Positions 24,840 through 37,300 of a DNA stretch of 64,000 nucleotides are shown here, piece by piece. The notes beneath the pieces were generated by a model, which searched no databases, was not told the DNA's origin, and saw only the letters and a list, made by a program, of their open reading frames with translations. Origin of the DNA: Mobula hypostoma (Eukaryota); NCBI RefSeq assembly GCF_963921235.1, contig NC_086110.1:9672001-9736000 (forward strand), given 5' to 3'. Numbering within the stretch: the stretch's first letter is position 1; every line of letters begins with the position of its first letter. The translations under genes and the position numbers were made by a program.

Positions 24840-25502
24840 ATCTGAGTGTTTAAAAATAGTCTACAAATGATATTCCATGCCAGCAATCTACACAGCGTTG
24901 GCCCAAAAGTTAATTCATTAAGCCAAACAAAACAAAAATGCACTGACTACGGAAGCTAGAGTACCTGCGGCGAACAATCCAAATTTCAAGACCTCTGGGC
25001 CACTTCAATATATTGTACATGCTACTATCCAGCCGAAAAAATTGAAACGATTCGGAAGAATCACCATATCACTAACCGTTTGGTTAGTAACCATTGAACA
25101 ACTTTCATCTAACCCACCCGCACATAGACTGTAGTGTATAACCTTCCGGATACACGCCACAGGTGTTCACTTATTCTAATTGAACACGGTCCCACAAAAC
25201 AGCAACCTCTATCTCCAAGAAGGAGATTTTTTTTGGAATAATGTACATTATATCTCCCGCGCTTCTTCTTGATATTGAAAAATCCCAGTATCCGATAGTC
25301 ATCTGTACTCTAGAATAATTTTCTCTAGATAGACCGGTGGTTAACAAGTACACTCCTATTTCTCCCTCCTGCCCATCATCCACAAACCTAAATGTCCGGG
25401 TGAGCCCATTGTTCTGCATGTTCCTGTTCAACTGAACACGTGCTCACATATCTTGACTTCATCTTATACTCTTGGATTAGTCCCTACATCCGCCACATTT
25501 CA

Positions 25503-25897
25503 CATAGAACATAGAACATAGAATAGTACAGCACAGTACAGGCCCTTCGGCCCACAATGTTGTGCAAACCCTCAAACCCTGCCTCACATATAAGGCCCTA
25601 CCTTAAATTCCTCCATATATCTGTCTAGTAGTCTCTTAAACTTCACTAGTGTATCTGCCTCCACCACTGACTCAGGCAGTGCATTCCACGCACCAAATAC
25701 TCTCTGAGTAAAAAAAACTTCCTCTATTATCCCCCTTCAACTTCCCACCCCTTGCCTTAAAGCCATGTCCTCTTGTATTGAGCAGTGGTGCCCTGGGGAA
25801 GAGGCGCTGGCTATTCACTCTATCTATTCTTCTTATTATCTTGTACACCTCTATAATCTCTCCTCTCATCCTCCTTCTCTCCAAAGAGAAAAACCCC
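25503..25897 (-). mobile_element. CR1 3' fragment
   Basis: (catagaa)n tail. ORF 25672..25884 is the CR1 ORF2 C-terminus. Confidence 0.9.
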
Positions 25898-25899
25898 AG

Positions 25900-27320
25900 C
25901 TCTCGATCTCGCTGGTTACTTTCAATTTCCTGGCCTTGATCGCCTCATTTTCAGTATGGATGTCCAATCCCACATGTCCAAATGTGGGTCATTTCAATTC
26001 ACCATTAAGAGGCCTTTAGTGTTCTCAACTACTTTCTTGACAGCAGACCCGACCATTTCCCCTCCATCATCACCTTCCTCCGCCCGGCAGAAGAGCCTCT
26101 AAGCAATTTCTTTCCCACTTTCTCCAAACGCAATTTGCATCCATGGGCACCCGCATCTATCGCTGCTATGCCTGCCTTTTTGTTGGCTACGTGTTCCAAA
26201 CTTCCACTTGCAATGCTTCCCAATTCTTTCTACGCTACATTGACGACTGCACTGATTCACGCATTTATGCCGAGCTCATCAATTTCACGAACCTTGCCTG
26301 TAACTCTGACGCTGCCCTTAAAAATCACATTTTCTGACACTTTTCTCCTCATTCTCCGCCCTTGCTCAACCTATCTTCCAGCTTCTTTGACAAAGATAGA
26401 ATTGTCACCTATTCATTCCATGTGCATTCAAATCCAACATATCATTCTCCGCAACTTCCAACATCTTCAACCGAATCGTACCACCAAATATATATTTACT
26501 TTTCCCCAGTTTCCCGGTTTCCGCAGGGATCACTCCTTCCGTGATTTTCTTGTCCATTCGACCTTCCACGCTAATCACACTTCTCGGAATTATGTCTGCA
26601 AGCCGAGGAAGTACTACACATGTCCATTCACCTTTACCCTCATCTCAATTCAGGGCCCCAAACAGTACTTGCTGGTGAAGCTGTATATGGCGTTCCTAAA
26701 GCGCTCTCCTCTACATTGTTGAGATCCGAAATAGATTGGGAGGCCTTTTTTTCCGAGACGCCCAGCTCCATCTGCAAAAAAGCAGCTCTTCCCGCAGTCC
26801 AACCATTTCAATTCCATTCCCCATTCCCGTTCATACAGGTCGGTTCTTCACCTCAGTTTCTGCCATGGAGGCCTCTCCCAGGCTTATATTCCCTCGAAGT
26901 AGTCCAACCTTATAGCATGAACATCCGGTAAATTTTGTCCTGCCTTCCTTCTTCATGTCTACACTCTGGCCTCTTACCTATTTTCCTCGCTTATCTATCG
27001 CCTCTGCTAGTGCCCTGCATCATTTCCTTTCTCCCATGATCCACTCTGCTTTCCTAACAGTTTCCTTCTACTCCCGCCCTTTGCCTTTTCCACCTATCAC
27101 CGTCCAGCTTTTTCATTAATGCTCTTTCACTCACCTGGCTTCACCTCACACCATCCGGCTTGTCTTCCTCACCTTGCTCATCTTTTTATTTTGACATCGC
27201 CTCCCTTCTTATCCAGTCCTGATGAAGGGTCTCAGCCTGAAATGTCGACATTTTATTCATTACCATAGATGCTGCCTGAGCTGCTGTGTTCCTTCAGCTT
27301 GTTGTGTGTGTTACAATGCA
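25900..27320 (+). mobile_element. Degenerate Penelope-like element
   Basis: FLRYIDDC RT motif (ORF 26143..26337) and a terminal repeat with a hammerhead core. Confidence 0.8.
27219..27250 (+). ncRNA. Minimal hammerhead ribozyme-like core in the Penelope terminal repeat
   Basis: CTGATGA - stem II (aggg...gcct) - GAAA - palindrome tgtcgaca. Confidence 0.6.
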
Positions 27321-27599
27321 TATTTTGTCAAGGACAACAGAAATGGGCAAGTAATCCATGGTCTCCAAGAATAAATTTTAAAAGAACAATTTTTTTCATT
27401 TGTGCAAAAACGAATATATATTTAATTTAAAATTTATATTTCCATCACCGTTTGCGAATCTGAAATAATTCCTATTTTTCCTATTGGACGTCTCTGCTTA
27501 ACTAATGTCATTTCTATTGCAAAGAATTTGTTGCATTTTGTTACAAAACAAAACGACTTTATTCAGGTAAAATTTCAGAATGATCATAATTACATTTTC

Positions 27600-28430
27600 A
27601 AGTGTTTTGTCATCCGACCATATATCTGCAACCAAGTGAAACAACTTACCTTCCGACCACAGTGCACTCACAATGCATAAGTAATACACAGCAGATACAA
27701 TACAATATTACCACAAATACATCGATAAAATATAATTCAAAATCCATTTGAACTGCAGAGCACAAGTAAACATGAAATAAATAACATAAATAGGCTAAAT
27801 ACGTAAGGGGACACCCCGGTGATAATCTCGGCGCTTTTATTATCCTCTCTAGAGCCTTGTGGACGTATGCCTTGCAGCATTCGTACTAAGCAATGATGCA
27901 GCCGACAGGATACTCTCGATGGTGCTCATTTAGGAAGTTGTTAGAATTGGGGCGAGGAGACTTGAACGCCTTAGTCTCTTCAGAAAGTGTCGATACTTTT
28001 GTGTCTTCTTGACTGATTGAGGAGGCGCTGTGGGTCCTGGTAAGATCGTCCCTTATGTGTACCCCAAGGAACATTGTACTCTTTACTTTCTCCACGGAAG
28101 ACGCATTGATATGCACAAGAGAGTAGTCGGCTACGTTTTCCTGAAGGCCACAATCGTTGCCAAGAATGATTTTCAGGTTCACGATAAGTCTGAGGTTGTT
28201 GTTCACACGCCATTTGACAATAGCCTCTGTACCTGTTAGGTCTATTTCCTCTCTGAATGCCAACTCATTATTGTTGCCGGTGAGGACACCCACTTTTGTA
28301 TCATAAGCTATAAAGTCAACTATTGGAGACTATAGGATCTTATTAGAATTGTACATATTATTAATGAAATACATTAATAATCAGTTCAATTACATCACAC
28401 CTATCACTCCCAACTTAGGTTGTGTAAATA
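27600..28430 (-). mobile_element. Rex1/Babar-like LINE 3' fragment
   Basis: ORF 27886..28293 (VEKVKSTMFLGVHIRDDL). Confidence 0.7.
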
Positions 28431-28743
28431 AGTTGATAGTTTATGATCTTTCTGCTGGAAAAGAAGCCTTTCATGGGATTAAAAAAACAAGAAATGTAAT
28501 TTTATTTTATGTAGTGCGTAAACATTTATGGTTTCAACTTCAGGAAGTCTTTCGGCAGTAGGAGACAATCTTTGATTTTGTGATTAAACTTTCCGAAATC
28601 AAATCCTCGATGACGGCACCACGGGTGTTGTTTTAGAATGCCGAATCATTTCAAAATTGTTATGTCCTGGGAATTCAGATTCATATGACTGGTAAAGGTG
28701 CTCAAGATCTCTTTATAAATTTGTTAAACAAATAAATTTATTT

Positions 28744-28745
<2 letters not shown>

Positions 28746-28779
<34 letters not shown>
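28746..28779. repeat. (CA)n microsatellite
   Basis: Directly visible. Confidence 0.95.
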
Positions 28780-28781
<2 letters not shown>

Positions 28782-29168
28782 GGTCAGGCCCGGTGTGTAT
28801 ATGGTTCCCAGACAAGAACGTTTCAAGGTGGAGCAGGTATATCATAACTGAGCAGTCATTAGGCATGACAGGCCGTATGAGGTAGAAACATATGCCTCCA
28901 TATGTATGGCGTTTTCTCTACTCTATCATTTCAACCCGGCAGGTGATCATTGCCTTAACTGAACTAGTAGAAAGGTTTCCAATGAATTGTCTATGTGAAC
29001 TAAAATGCTGTGCCCTCTTTGCAAAACTTCAATGGACAATCATTTTATATGAACATGAGATAATGGGAACTCCCCAATCCCTCAGACAAAAAAGTTGCAG
29101 GAAAATGTTAGTATCATGCGACATGATGTGGTGGTGGACAATTAGACAGCTAATAGAAGTACGAGTTT

Positions 29169-30388
29169 TGTCATGGTCCGGTCCGTGAAGTCCGCATTCT
29201 GCTTCATGGTCCGATCCATCGTTCCTCATTCCAGGTTTACCAGTTCTTCCCGGTTTCCGTTGAGGCACCTGATTCTCGTTTGGGCTGCCTTCATAAATAG
29301 ATTCAGGATTCAGCCTCTGGCTGCTGGACTGTTCCTTTCACCTTCCACTTCATCTTCCTACTATAGCTTGCTTGAGTCCTCCACCTGAGGCCTCTGCCTG
29401 CAACCTCCGCCTGAAGTCTCAGCCTGCAACCTCGACCTGGAGCCTTGCCTGCAACTTCGGCATGAACCTGTATCGTTCTACAGCCGGAGCAAGACCGGAG
29501 TCATGCTGTGTCTAGGTAAGGAACTGTCTATCGTTCTTTGGAACTGTCTCTGTGTCCACGCCTTCGCTAGGCAAGTCCAGCCGTTTGCCGCTACCTTGTG
29601 TTGGGAACCGTCTCTGTGTCCACGCCTTCGCTATGTAGGTCCAGCCGTTTGCTGCTACCTTGTGCTTCTCTCTACGTCCTGTTCCCAAGAAGAGGTCCCG
29701 GCTCTATGTTTCATGTTCCTGTCTCCCAAGACCAAGTCTCTGTGTTCTGCGTTCCTGTCTCCCAAGACCAAGACTCTGTGTTCTGCGTTCTTGTCTCCCA
29801 AGGCTTCGGGGTCTCGTCCTGTCCTTGTGCCTCGCCCAGTGCAGGAGTACCTCGTCTAGTCCAAGCCACGTCCAAGTACCTCGTCTAGTCCAAGCCACGT
29901 CCAACTACCTTGTCTAGTCCAAGCCACGTCCAAGTACCTCGTCTAGTCCAAGCCACGTCCAATTACCTCGTCTGGACCAAGCCACGTCCAATTACCTCGT
30001 CTAGTCCAAGCCACGTCCAAGTACCTCGTCTAGACCAAGCCACGTCCAATTACCTCGTCTAGTCCAACCCAAGTCTTTGGGTTCTCGTCCTGTGCAGGAG
30101 TTCCACGTCCAGTCCTGTAACCTAGCCACGTCCAGATCTGTAGCAATGTTTTGTCCTTGCCAGGATCTGGAGTCCGAGCCCGAGTTAAGACCCAGGTTCT
30201 GGGTCCTTGTCCAGTCTCTGGTTTGGAGTCCAAGCCCAGGCTCCTATTTCCTAGTTCCTCGTCCAGGTCCCGTTGTTCTAGACCAAGTCTGTGTCCTGGC
30301 ATGTCCCTAACTCTAGTCATAGTCCTGTTCCTAGTACTTCAGTCTCGCTTTTGGGTCCGCTTCCAGCGCGCCCCCCCCCCCCATGACA
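29169..30388 (+). mobile_element. Solo LTR, same family as 23002-24839
   Basis: TGTCATGG...CCATGACA ends and a perfect TSD AGTTT (29164-29168 and 30389-30393). Confidence 0.88.
29846..30066. repeat. 29-bp minisatellite, ~8 copies (AGTACCTCGTCTAGTCCAAGCCACGTCCA)
   Basis: Units recur every 29 nt from 29851 to 30054 with no spacers. Confidence 0.93.
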
Positions 30389-30703
30389 AGTTTCGAATAT
30401 TTTTCTTAGCTTCTTCGACAAGGTCGTTCACCAGTTCCTTAGGCATGACTGAAACATTCAGGATCGTTTTCAGCCTGAGGAGAGAAATGGGATTCCGGGC
30501 AGGTTACTCACGGCATAGAGTCCGTCGCAATTTGATGCACACCATGTAATAGAACAAAATTGCAGGTAACCTTGACATAGCTTAATCTGGTAATTTACGT
30601 GCCGAAGACGTTTGTTCTAGAACGGATCCTATAGCAACCGACTATTCAGATCTTGAAGGTATGCAAGTATATCCCATTTGCAATACATCGAACAAATCCA
30701 AAA

Positions 30704-31203
30704 CATAGAACATAGAACATAGAATAGTACAGCACAGTACAGGCCCTTCGGCCCACAATGTTGTGGCAACCCTCAAACCCTGCCTCTCATATAAGCCCCC
30801 AACTTAAATTCCTCCATATACCTGTCCAGCAGTCTCCTAAACTTCACTAGTGTATCTGCCTCCACCACTGACTCAGGCAGTGCATTCCACGCACCAACCA
30901 CTCTCTGAGTAAAAAACCTTCCTCTAATATCCCCCTTGAACTTCCCACCCCTTACCTTAAAGCCATGTCCTCTTGTATTGAGCAGTGGTGCCCTGGGGAA
31001 AAGGCGCTGGCTATCCACTCTATCTATTCCTCTTATTATCTTGTACACCTCTATCATGTCTCCTCTCATCCTCCTTCTCTCCAAAGAGTAAAGCCCTAGC
31101 TCCCTTTATCTCCAATCATAATGCATACTCTCTAAACCAGGCAGCATCCTGGTAAATCTCCTCTGTACCCTTTCCAATGCTTCCACATCCTTCCTACAGT
31201 GAA
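30704..31203 (-). mobile_element. CR1 3' fragment
   Basis: ORF 30773..31084 and a (catagaa)n tail. Same subfamily as the 25.5 kb and 52 kb copies. Confidence 0.92.
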
Positions 31204-31224
31204 GCTATAGGCAAAAGCTGGGGC

Positions 31225-31618
31225 TATCACAGTCCCGACCGTTAATTCCCCATTTTCTCCTAATTCCCTTTGATTGCGCCACGTTTCCAACAGTTAATTC
31301 CTCATTTTGTCTTAATTCCCTTTGATGACGGCACACCTGGTTTTCATTAAGACCTGCAGCATAAGAAGCCCGGCTTTACATTCACTAGTTGCCTGATCGT
31401 TGGTTTTTCCTGTGTGTTAATTAACGTTTCCCGGCCGCTTAGGGCTGTGTGTTCTAAGTTTTGTTTCAGTACCGAGAATTACCTGTGAAACTTAGTCTCT
31501 TCGTGTCAAGATAAGTTTTCCGCACTCTCTCCTGTTTACCGTTCATGCCCGCGTCTACATCCTAACGTAACCTCCGTGCCTGTGTCCTGAGCTTGGGTTC
31601 GCCTGGTTCATTGCAACA
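31225..31618 (+). mobile_element. Short solo LTR
   Basis: TA(TG-derived)TCAC...GCAACA ends and a perfect TSD GGGGC (31220-31224 and 31619-31623). Confidence 0.7.
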
Positions 31619-33099
31619 GGGGCGTACATCAGAAAATTAGTTAACTCAGTATTGCCCAAGCACTCTGCTGAACCAACTCACATGAAAGCGTATATAAAGA
31701 TGACATTCTTAAAGGCTCGGTTTACCTCCTGATTCCCCAAAGCGCTACCATCATATACAGCGAGAAATCAAAAATTGAATGGATTATTGATCTGGATAGT
31801 CAGATTTTCCGCAGTACTCCAGAACATGGACGCTTCCAGGACAACGTAGTTCCCTGGAATGGTGTTCCATCAAGTACCATTATTGGAAGCTCTAAGGCAT
31901 GACATCTGGGGCTGCACTGCATTTGCCATAACAAAGGAAAGATAACCACTGTGCTACCAGGTTCCATTCGGTGTCCTCCGGTGTTAGTTCCATGGAAGAC
32001 AAGCTGGTTTGATCTCCTTTCTTAAAATGACAATTCGTTTCAATACGCGTGGTGATTCCTTCTCTATCTGAAACTGAATGTACAATTCACTCTAGTTATC
32101 ACTCTAGTTATGTTTTCACATGCGTAAATTCCATCTTGTTGCAGGATATACAGCCAAACCACGACTAAATCGTTGTTTTTTGAATTTAGATACATCATAT
32201 CAAATCAAGTTTAATTATCATTCAAATCGTACATATAGCTGAACGAGAGAGTGTTTCTCTGTGGCCAGGGTGCAAAACATTCAAAACAGCAAGCAAACAG
32301 TCAAAGGTAGCGAGTGACACACAAAATAACGGGTAACAAAATCCAAAATAGCGAACAAAGAAGCATAAAAAGCATACACATAAAGCCCAACACCCTGGGC
32401 GATACTGTTTGGCAATCGATAGTACTGTCTCCCAGTAGTGTGCAAACGCATGCGTGCAGCCTGTCATTTCGCCGCTCCATCTTAGCAGGGCAGCACAGGC
32501 AGGAGAGGCCAAGCCCCAGCCGAGCTCAGACGCCACACTTTAACACTTCTACGTCCTCTCAACTGATCTGCAGCAGCAGGCAAGCCCAAGCCTTGATGCC
32601 GACTGCTCGCTACAACCGAAGCCACGCAGCTGCCATTTCGTCTGCTCACCACCAGACAAGAGTAACAGATCTGTGTCAACTTACATTATCACTTTCCAAC
32701 AGAGTCTTGCGATCGCAAGTGAAATGTCCGCGACATTCTCCCACGGTTATAATGCACCAACTGCGGTGTTTCTGAGTAGCGGCAGCAACGGTCTACAGCC
32801 AGTGTAGCCAATCGGAGTCAGTGTGGTCCATCAGAGTCACTGCGGCCCATTGTCAGCTCCTCCGAACCCAAACCAGTTCCTCCTTCTCCGACATGCCTGC
32901 CGGCTCCGTATCCGACACACCGGCAGGCTCTTCCCACCCACTGTTCGGCTGCTCTTTCTCAAACACGCTTCTTAGATGAACGAGCATCACTGATGCCGTA
33001 GACTTGCTGTATTCGAAGTCTTGGGCGTTCAGTACAGACTTGTGAACATAAAAAAAAACACACACATTACTTGTTACATACACCTGTTCGGGTGCATTC

Positions 33100-33790
33100 T
33101 CCAGTTACCTTATAAAGTAACCGTAGCCTTCAGCCAGGAGCAGATGTCATCACGTGTTTCCCAACCTTCACTGAGTGTTCCGACCCTTAACCACGACACT
33201 CTCCAGTTGTTGGGCCGGCAGTAGTGGCCAAATCACTGCCCATCTGCTCCTGGCTTCCAGCTCCCCTCCTCTCGCCTACGCCAAATCCAACAAGAGGCTC
33301 GATCTGCCTCTTCCCCCATCCTACCAGATGCTTGTTTTTTGCTCCTTTCGTCCAGGCCCAGATCTGACAACAACCTGATTTGGCTGGGAAACCTCTGCAG
33401 CCGATCTCCACAGGGAACAACCATCCTGCCATCCCTGGTCTTTACACTCCTGCAGTAAGGGCTGGTACTTCAAGGGCTTTCTCTCGTGGGCCTCTTCCCA
33501 TCCCTCCTCCCACGGCACAGTCAGCTCAACCAGAATTATTTTCTTGTCTTCGGTTGACCACAGTACAATGTCCGGGCGTGGGATTGTGTGCACCACATCA
33601 GGGAACTGCAACCTCCTTCCCACATCGACCCTCATCTCCCAGGACCTGGCCATTGACAGCAGATTGGGATTTGGTTGTTTGGTTACCAAAGACCTGGCTC
33701 ACTCTTTGATGCAGGTGATGGCCTTCCTCAAATCTGTGCCAGCCGTACTCTTCTTGCATCTCTCCAGCTCTAGGACACATTTAAGATAGA
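33100..33790 (-). mobile_element. HERO/NeSL-like non-LTR retrotransposon fragment (restriction-like endonuclease domain)
   Basis: ORF 33321..33689 has RPDIVLW...IILVELTVPWEE...HERK..KY, and the adjacent frame has PVEIGCRGF. Confidence 0.8.
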
Positions 33791-34399
33791 AAAACAAAGT
33801 ACATTTGGTTGGCTGCCTAAGGGCCGCTACGTCTGAACGCGCCACCATCTTACCGTTAAGGGTCCTTATTTTCCATTAGCGTTAGGAAACTGAATGCCAA
33901 AACCAAAACCGACAAATTTCAAGTGCGAAAGGAGATCAATTGATCGAATTTATTACAGGAGCACAGCTCGAAGAAGGCATGTAAGATTGGCCGCGGTAAA
34001 AGTTTACAAAATGCTCTGAATTGCAGAAAATTACTTGAGGGAATATACTTTATTCAGTTGTTTTCGCTGCAGTGAACCGCGCTGAGCGTAGACATAACAA
34101 AACTTCGGATTATAATAATGAGAAGTGAAGGACACACAGAAGGGAAGGAAGGCTAGAAAAGTCTTAGGACTCTTTCTTTTATCAGTTTATGATCTTTGTC
34201 CGATTCTAAGATTGGCGCGTGCGAATGCAGTGGGCACTCGGGGGCCAACCAAAGGTTCTTTCGTCTTTGTAAAATTTGTCTTTTACGATCCAAAGCCAAT
34301 TCTGCCCAAGAACTTCGGGTACTGCAAGGCTACTCCTTCAGTGAGCTTCTCGTTGATCGGAGTAGCTGGACTGGTATCGGCGGCGGAGCCGGCCGAGGT

Positions 34400-37300
34400 G
34401 ACGAAGGAGTCAGACGAGTTGTCAAGGATGTGGATGTCCGGGAAACTCCCAGCCTCCCGGACGGCCACATCTGCGCCTGGTGAGTCGAGCTGCAGCTACT
34501 TAGGGATCGTCTTAGGGAACTGGAGATAGAGCTTGATTATCTTCGTCTGGTCAGGGAGAGTGAGGAGGTGATAGAGAGGAGCTATAGACACACCAGGGCT
34601 TGGAGAGACAAATAATTGGGTAACAGTCAGGAGAGGGAAGGGCAGGATTCAGAGGCTAGAGAGCATTGATGAAGGTAGAGCAGTAGATGTAGTGTATATG
34701 GATTTCAGCAAGGCATCTGATAATGTAACCCTTGCAAAGCTTATTGAGTAAGTAATAAGGCATTAAGAATAAGAGGACATTACTTTGTGGATCGAGAACT
34801 GGCTTGCCCACAGAAGGAAAAGTGTGACTGTAGGAGGGTCATATTCTGTATGGAGGTCGGTGACCAGTGCTGTGCCTCAGGGATCTGTTCTGGGACCGCT
34901 ACTCTTTGTGATTTTTATAAATGTCGTGTATGAGGAAGTGGAAGGATTGGTTAGTAAATTTGCTGATGACACAAAAGTTGGGGGTATTGTGGATAGTGTG
35001 GAGGGCTGTCAGAGTTTACAGCGGGACACTGATATGATGCAAAACTGGGCTGAGAAGTGGCAGATGGAAGTCAACCCCAATAAGTGTGAGGTGGTTCATT
35101 TCGGTAGGTCGAATAAGCATATAGCATGAAGAATATAGCATATAGCATTAATGGTAAGACTCTTGGCAGTGTGGACGATCAGAGGGATTTTGGGGTCTGA
35201 GTCGATAGGACACTCAAGTCTGCTACACAGGTTGACTGTGTGGTTCAGAAGGCATATGGTGCTTTGGTCTTCATCAACCGTGGGATTCAGTTTAAGAGCC
35301 GAGAGGTAATGTTGTACCTATATTGGATCTGGGTTAGACCCCACTTAGAGTACTGTGCTCAGTTCTGGTCGCCTCACTACAGGAAGGATGTGGAAACCAT
35401 AGAAAGGGTACAGAGAAGATTTACAAGGATGTTGCCTGGATTTGGGAGCATGCCTTGTGAGAATAGGTTGAGTGAACTCGGCCTTTTTTCCTTGGAGCGA
35501 CGGAGAATGAGCGGTGACCTGATAGTGGTGTACAAAATAATGAGAGCCATTGATTGTGTGGATTGAAACACAGAAACATAGAAAACCTACAGCACCATAC
35601 AGGCCCTTCGGTCCACAAAGCTGGGGCGAACATGCTCATGCCTTAGAATTACCTAGGCTTACCGATAGCCCTCTATTTATCTTAGCTCCATGTATCCATC
35701 CAGTAGTCTCTGAACAGACCCTATCGTTTCCGCCTCCACCACCGCCGCCCGCAGCCCATTTCACGCACTCAACACTATCTGCATAAAAAACTTACACCGA
35801 CAACTCCTCTATACCTGCTTCCAAGCACTTTAAAACTATGCCCTCTCGTGCTAGCTATTTCATCGCTGGGAAAAAGCCTCTGACGATAGTTGTGGCAGAG
35901 CGTTGTGGGCCGAATGGCCTCTATTGTGCTATAGGTTTTCTATGTTTATTTAGAGCACCCCTGTGGCTGTACTCCTTCTTAATAAGTACTCCTGCTTGAG
36001 TTATTTTAGTGTGGGGGGGGAGGTGATGGCCTACCTGGGGGAAGCAACATTGGCTGCGCTTATGGCACAGAGTCTGGCCCTGTGGCTCAGAAGGGTAGGA
36101 AAAGGAAGAGGATGGCAGCAGTGATAGGGGACTCTATAGTTACGGGGTCAGACAGGCGATTCCGTGGACGCAGGAAAGAAGCACGGGTGATAGTTTAGCT
36201 CCTAGGTGCCAGGGTCAGGCATGTTTCCGATCACGTAAAGATATCCTGAAGTAGGAAGGAGAACGGCCAGAGGTCGTGGTACATATTGGTACCAAAGACA
36301 TAAGCAGAAAAATGGAGGAGGTCTCTGGAGGGAGAAAATGGCGGCGCGGCGCAGCGCTCATGGCCGTTCGGAATGATATCGTATGCGTTAACTAGGATGC
36401 CGTGCTTCAGTCCTGATTTGATGGAGACAGCCGTGAGAAGCACGGAGGAACACCTGGAGAAACTTCTGAAATGCCCACTTCATTGCCGCTGCTACTGTGC
36501 GATCGAGAATCTCCGGAGGGGAAGGCCCCAAATCCTCGCTTTGCCTATTGCCTGTTGCCGGGGCCGGGGTCGAAGCGCTCGGCAGAGTTGGTGCTCGGTG
36601 CTCGGTGTCGGAGATCTGGTCGGAGGCTCGGAGTTTTCGGACGGACTCGGAGTCGGACTGTGGTCGGATGCTTCCAGGATACTGCATCGGCAAGTTCGCG
36701 GCGCTGGAGGTTCACTGTCTGCGTCAGATGATGGAACTTTCGAGAGACTTTGAGACTTTTTACCGTGCCATGGTCTGTTCTTTATCAAATTAAGGTATTG
36801 CTTTGCACTGTTGTAACTATATGTTATAATTATGTGGTTTTGTCATGTTTCAGTCGGTTTGTCATGTGGTTCTGTGATATCATTCCGGGGAAACATTGTA
36901 TCATTTCTTAATGCATGCATTACTAAATGACAATAAAAGAGCACTGCGTGTCCTCATAATCTAATCTAATCTAAAGTAGACTACAGGTAGTTAGGACGGA
37001 AGTTGAGCAGCAGGACCACAAAGGTTGTCATACATAGATAAGCCTACAAGAAGAGAGGCTGTATTTGATCTCATATTGGGAAATAAATCTGGTCAGGTGT
37101 CAGATCTCTCAGCAGGAGAGCACTTTGGAGACAGGGATCACAACTCTATCTCCTTTAAAATAGCATTGGAGAGGGATAGGAACAGACTAGTTAGAAAAGC
37201 GTTTAATTGTAGTCAGGGGAAATATGAGGCTATCAGGCAGGAACTTGGAAGTATAAATTGGGAACAGATGTTCTCAGGGAAATGTACGGAAGAAATGTGG

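Noticed and set aside
25171-25431. 86-aa ORF with faint Ig-like words (YSRVQM, WDFSI)
   Set aside because: It lacks the canonical Cys/Trp spacing and exon boundaries.
29846-30066. CRISPR-like array of 29-bp repeats
   Set aside because: The units are head-to-tail with no unique spacers, lie inside an LTR, and there are no cas genes. The DNA is vertebrate.
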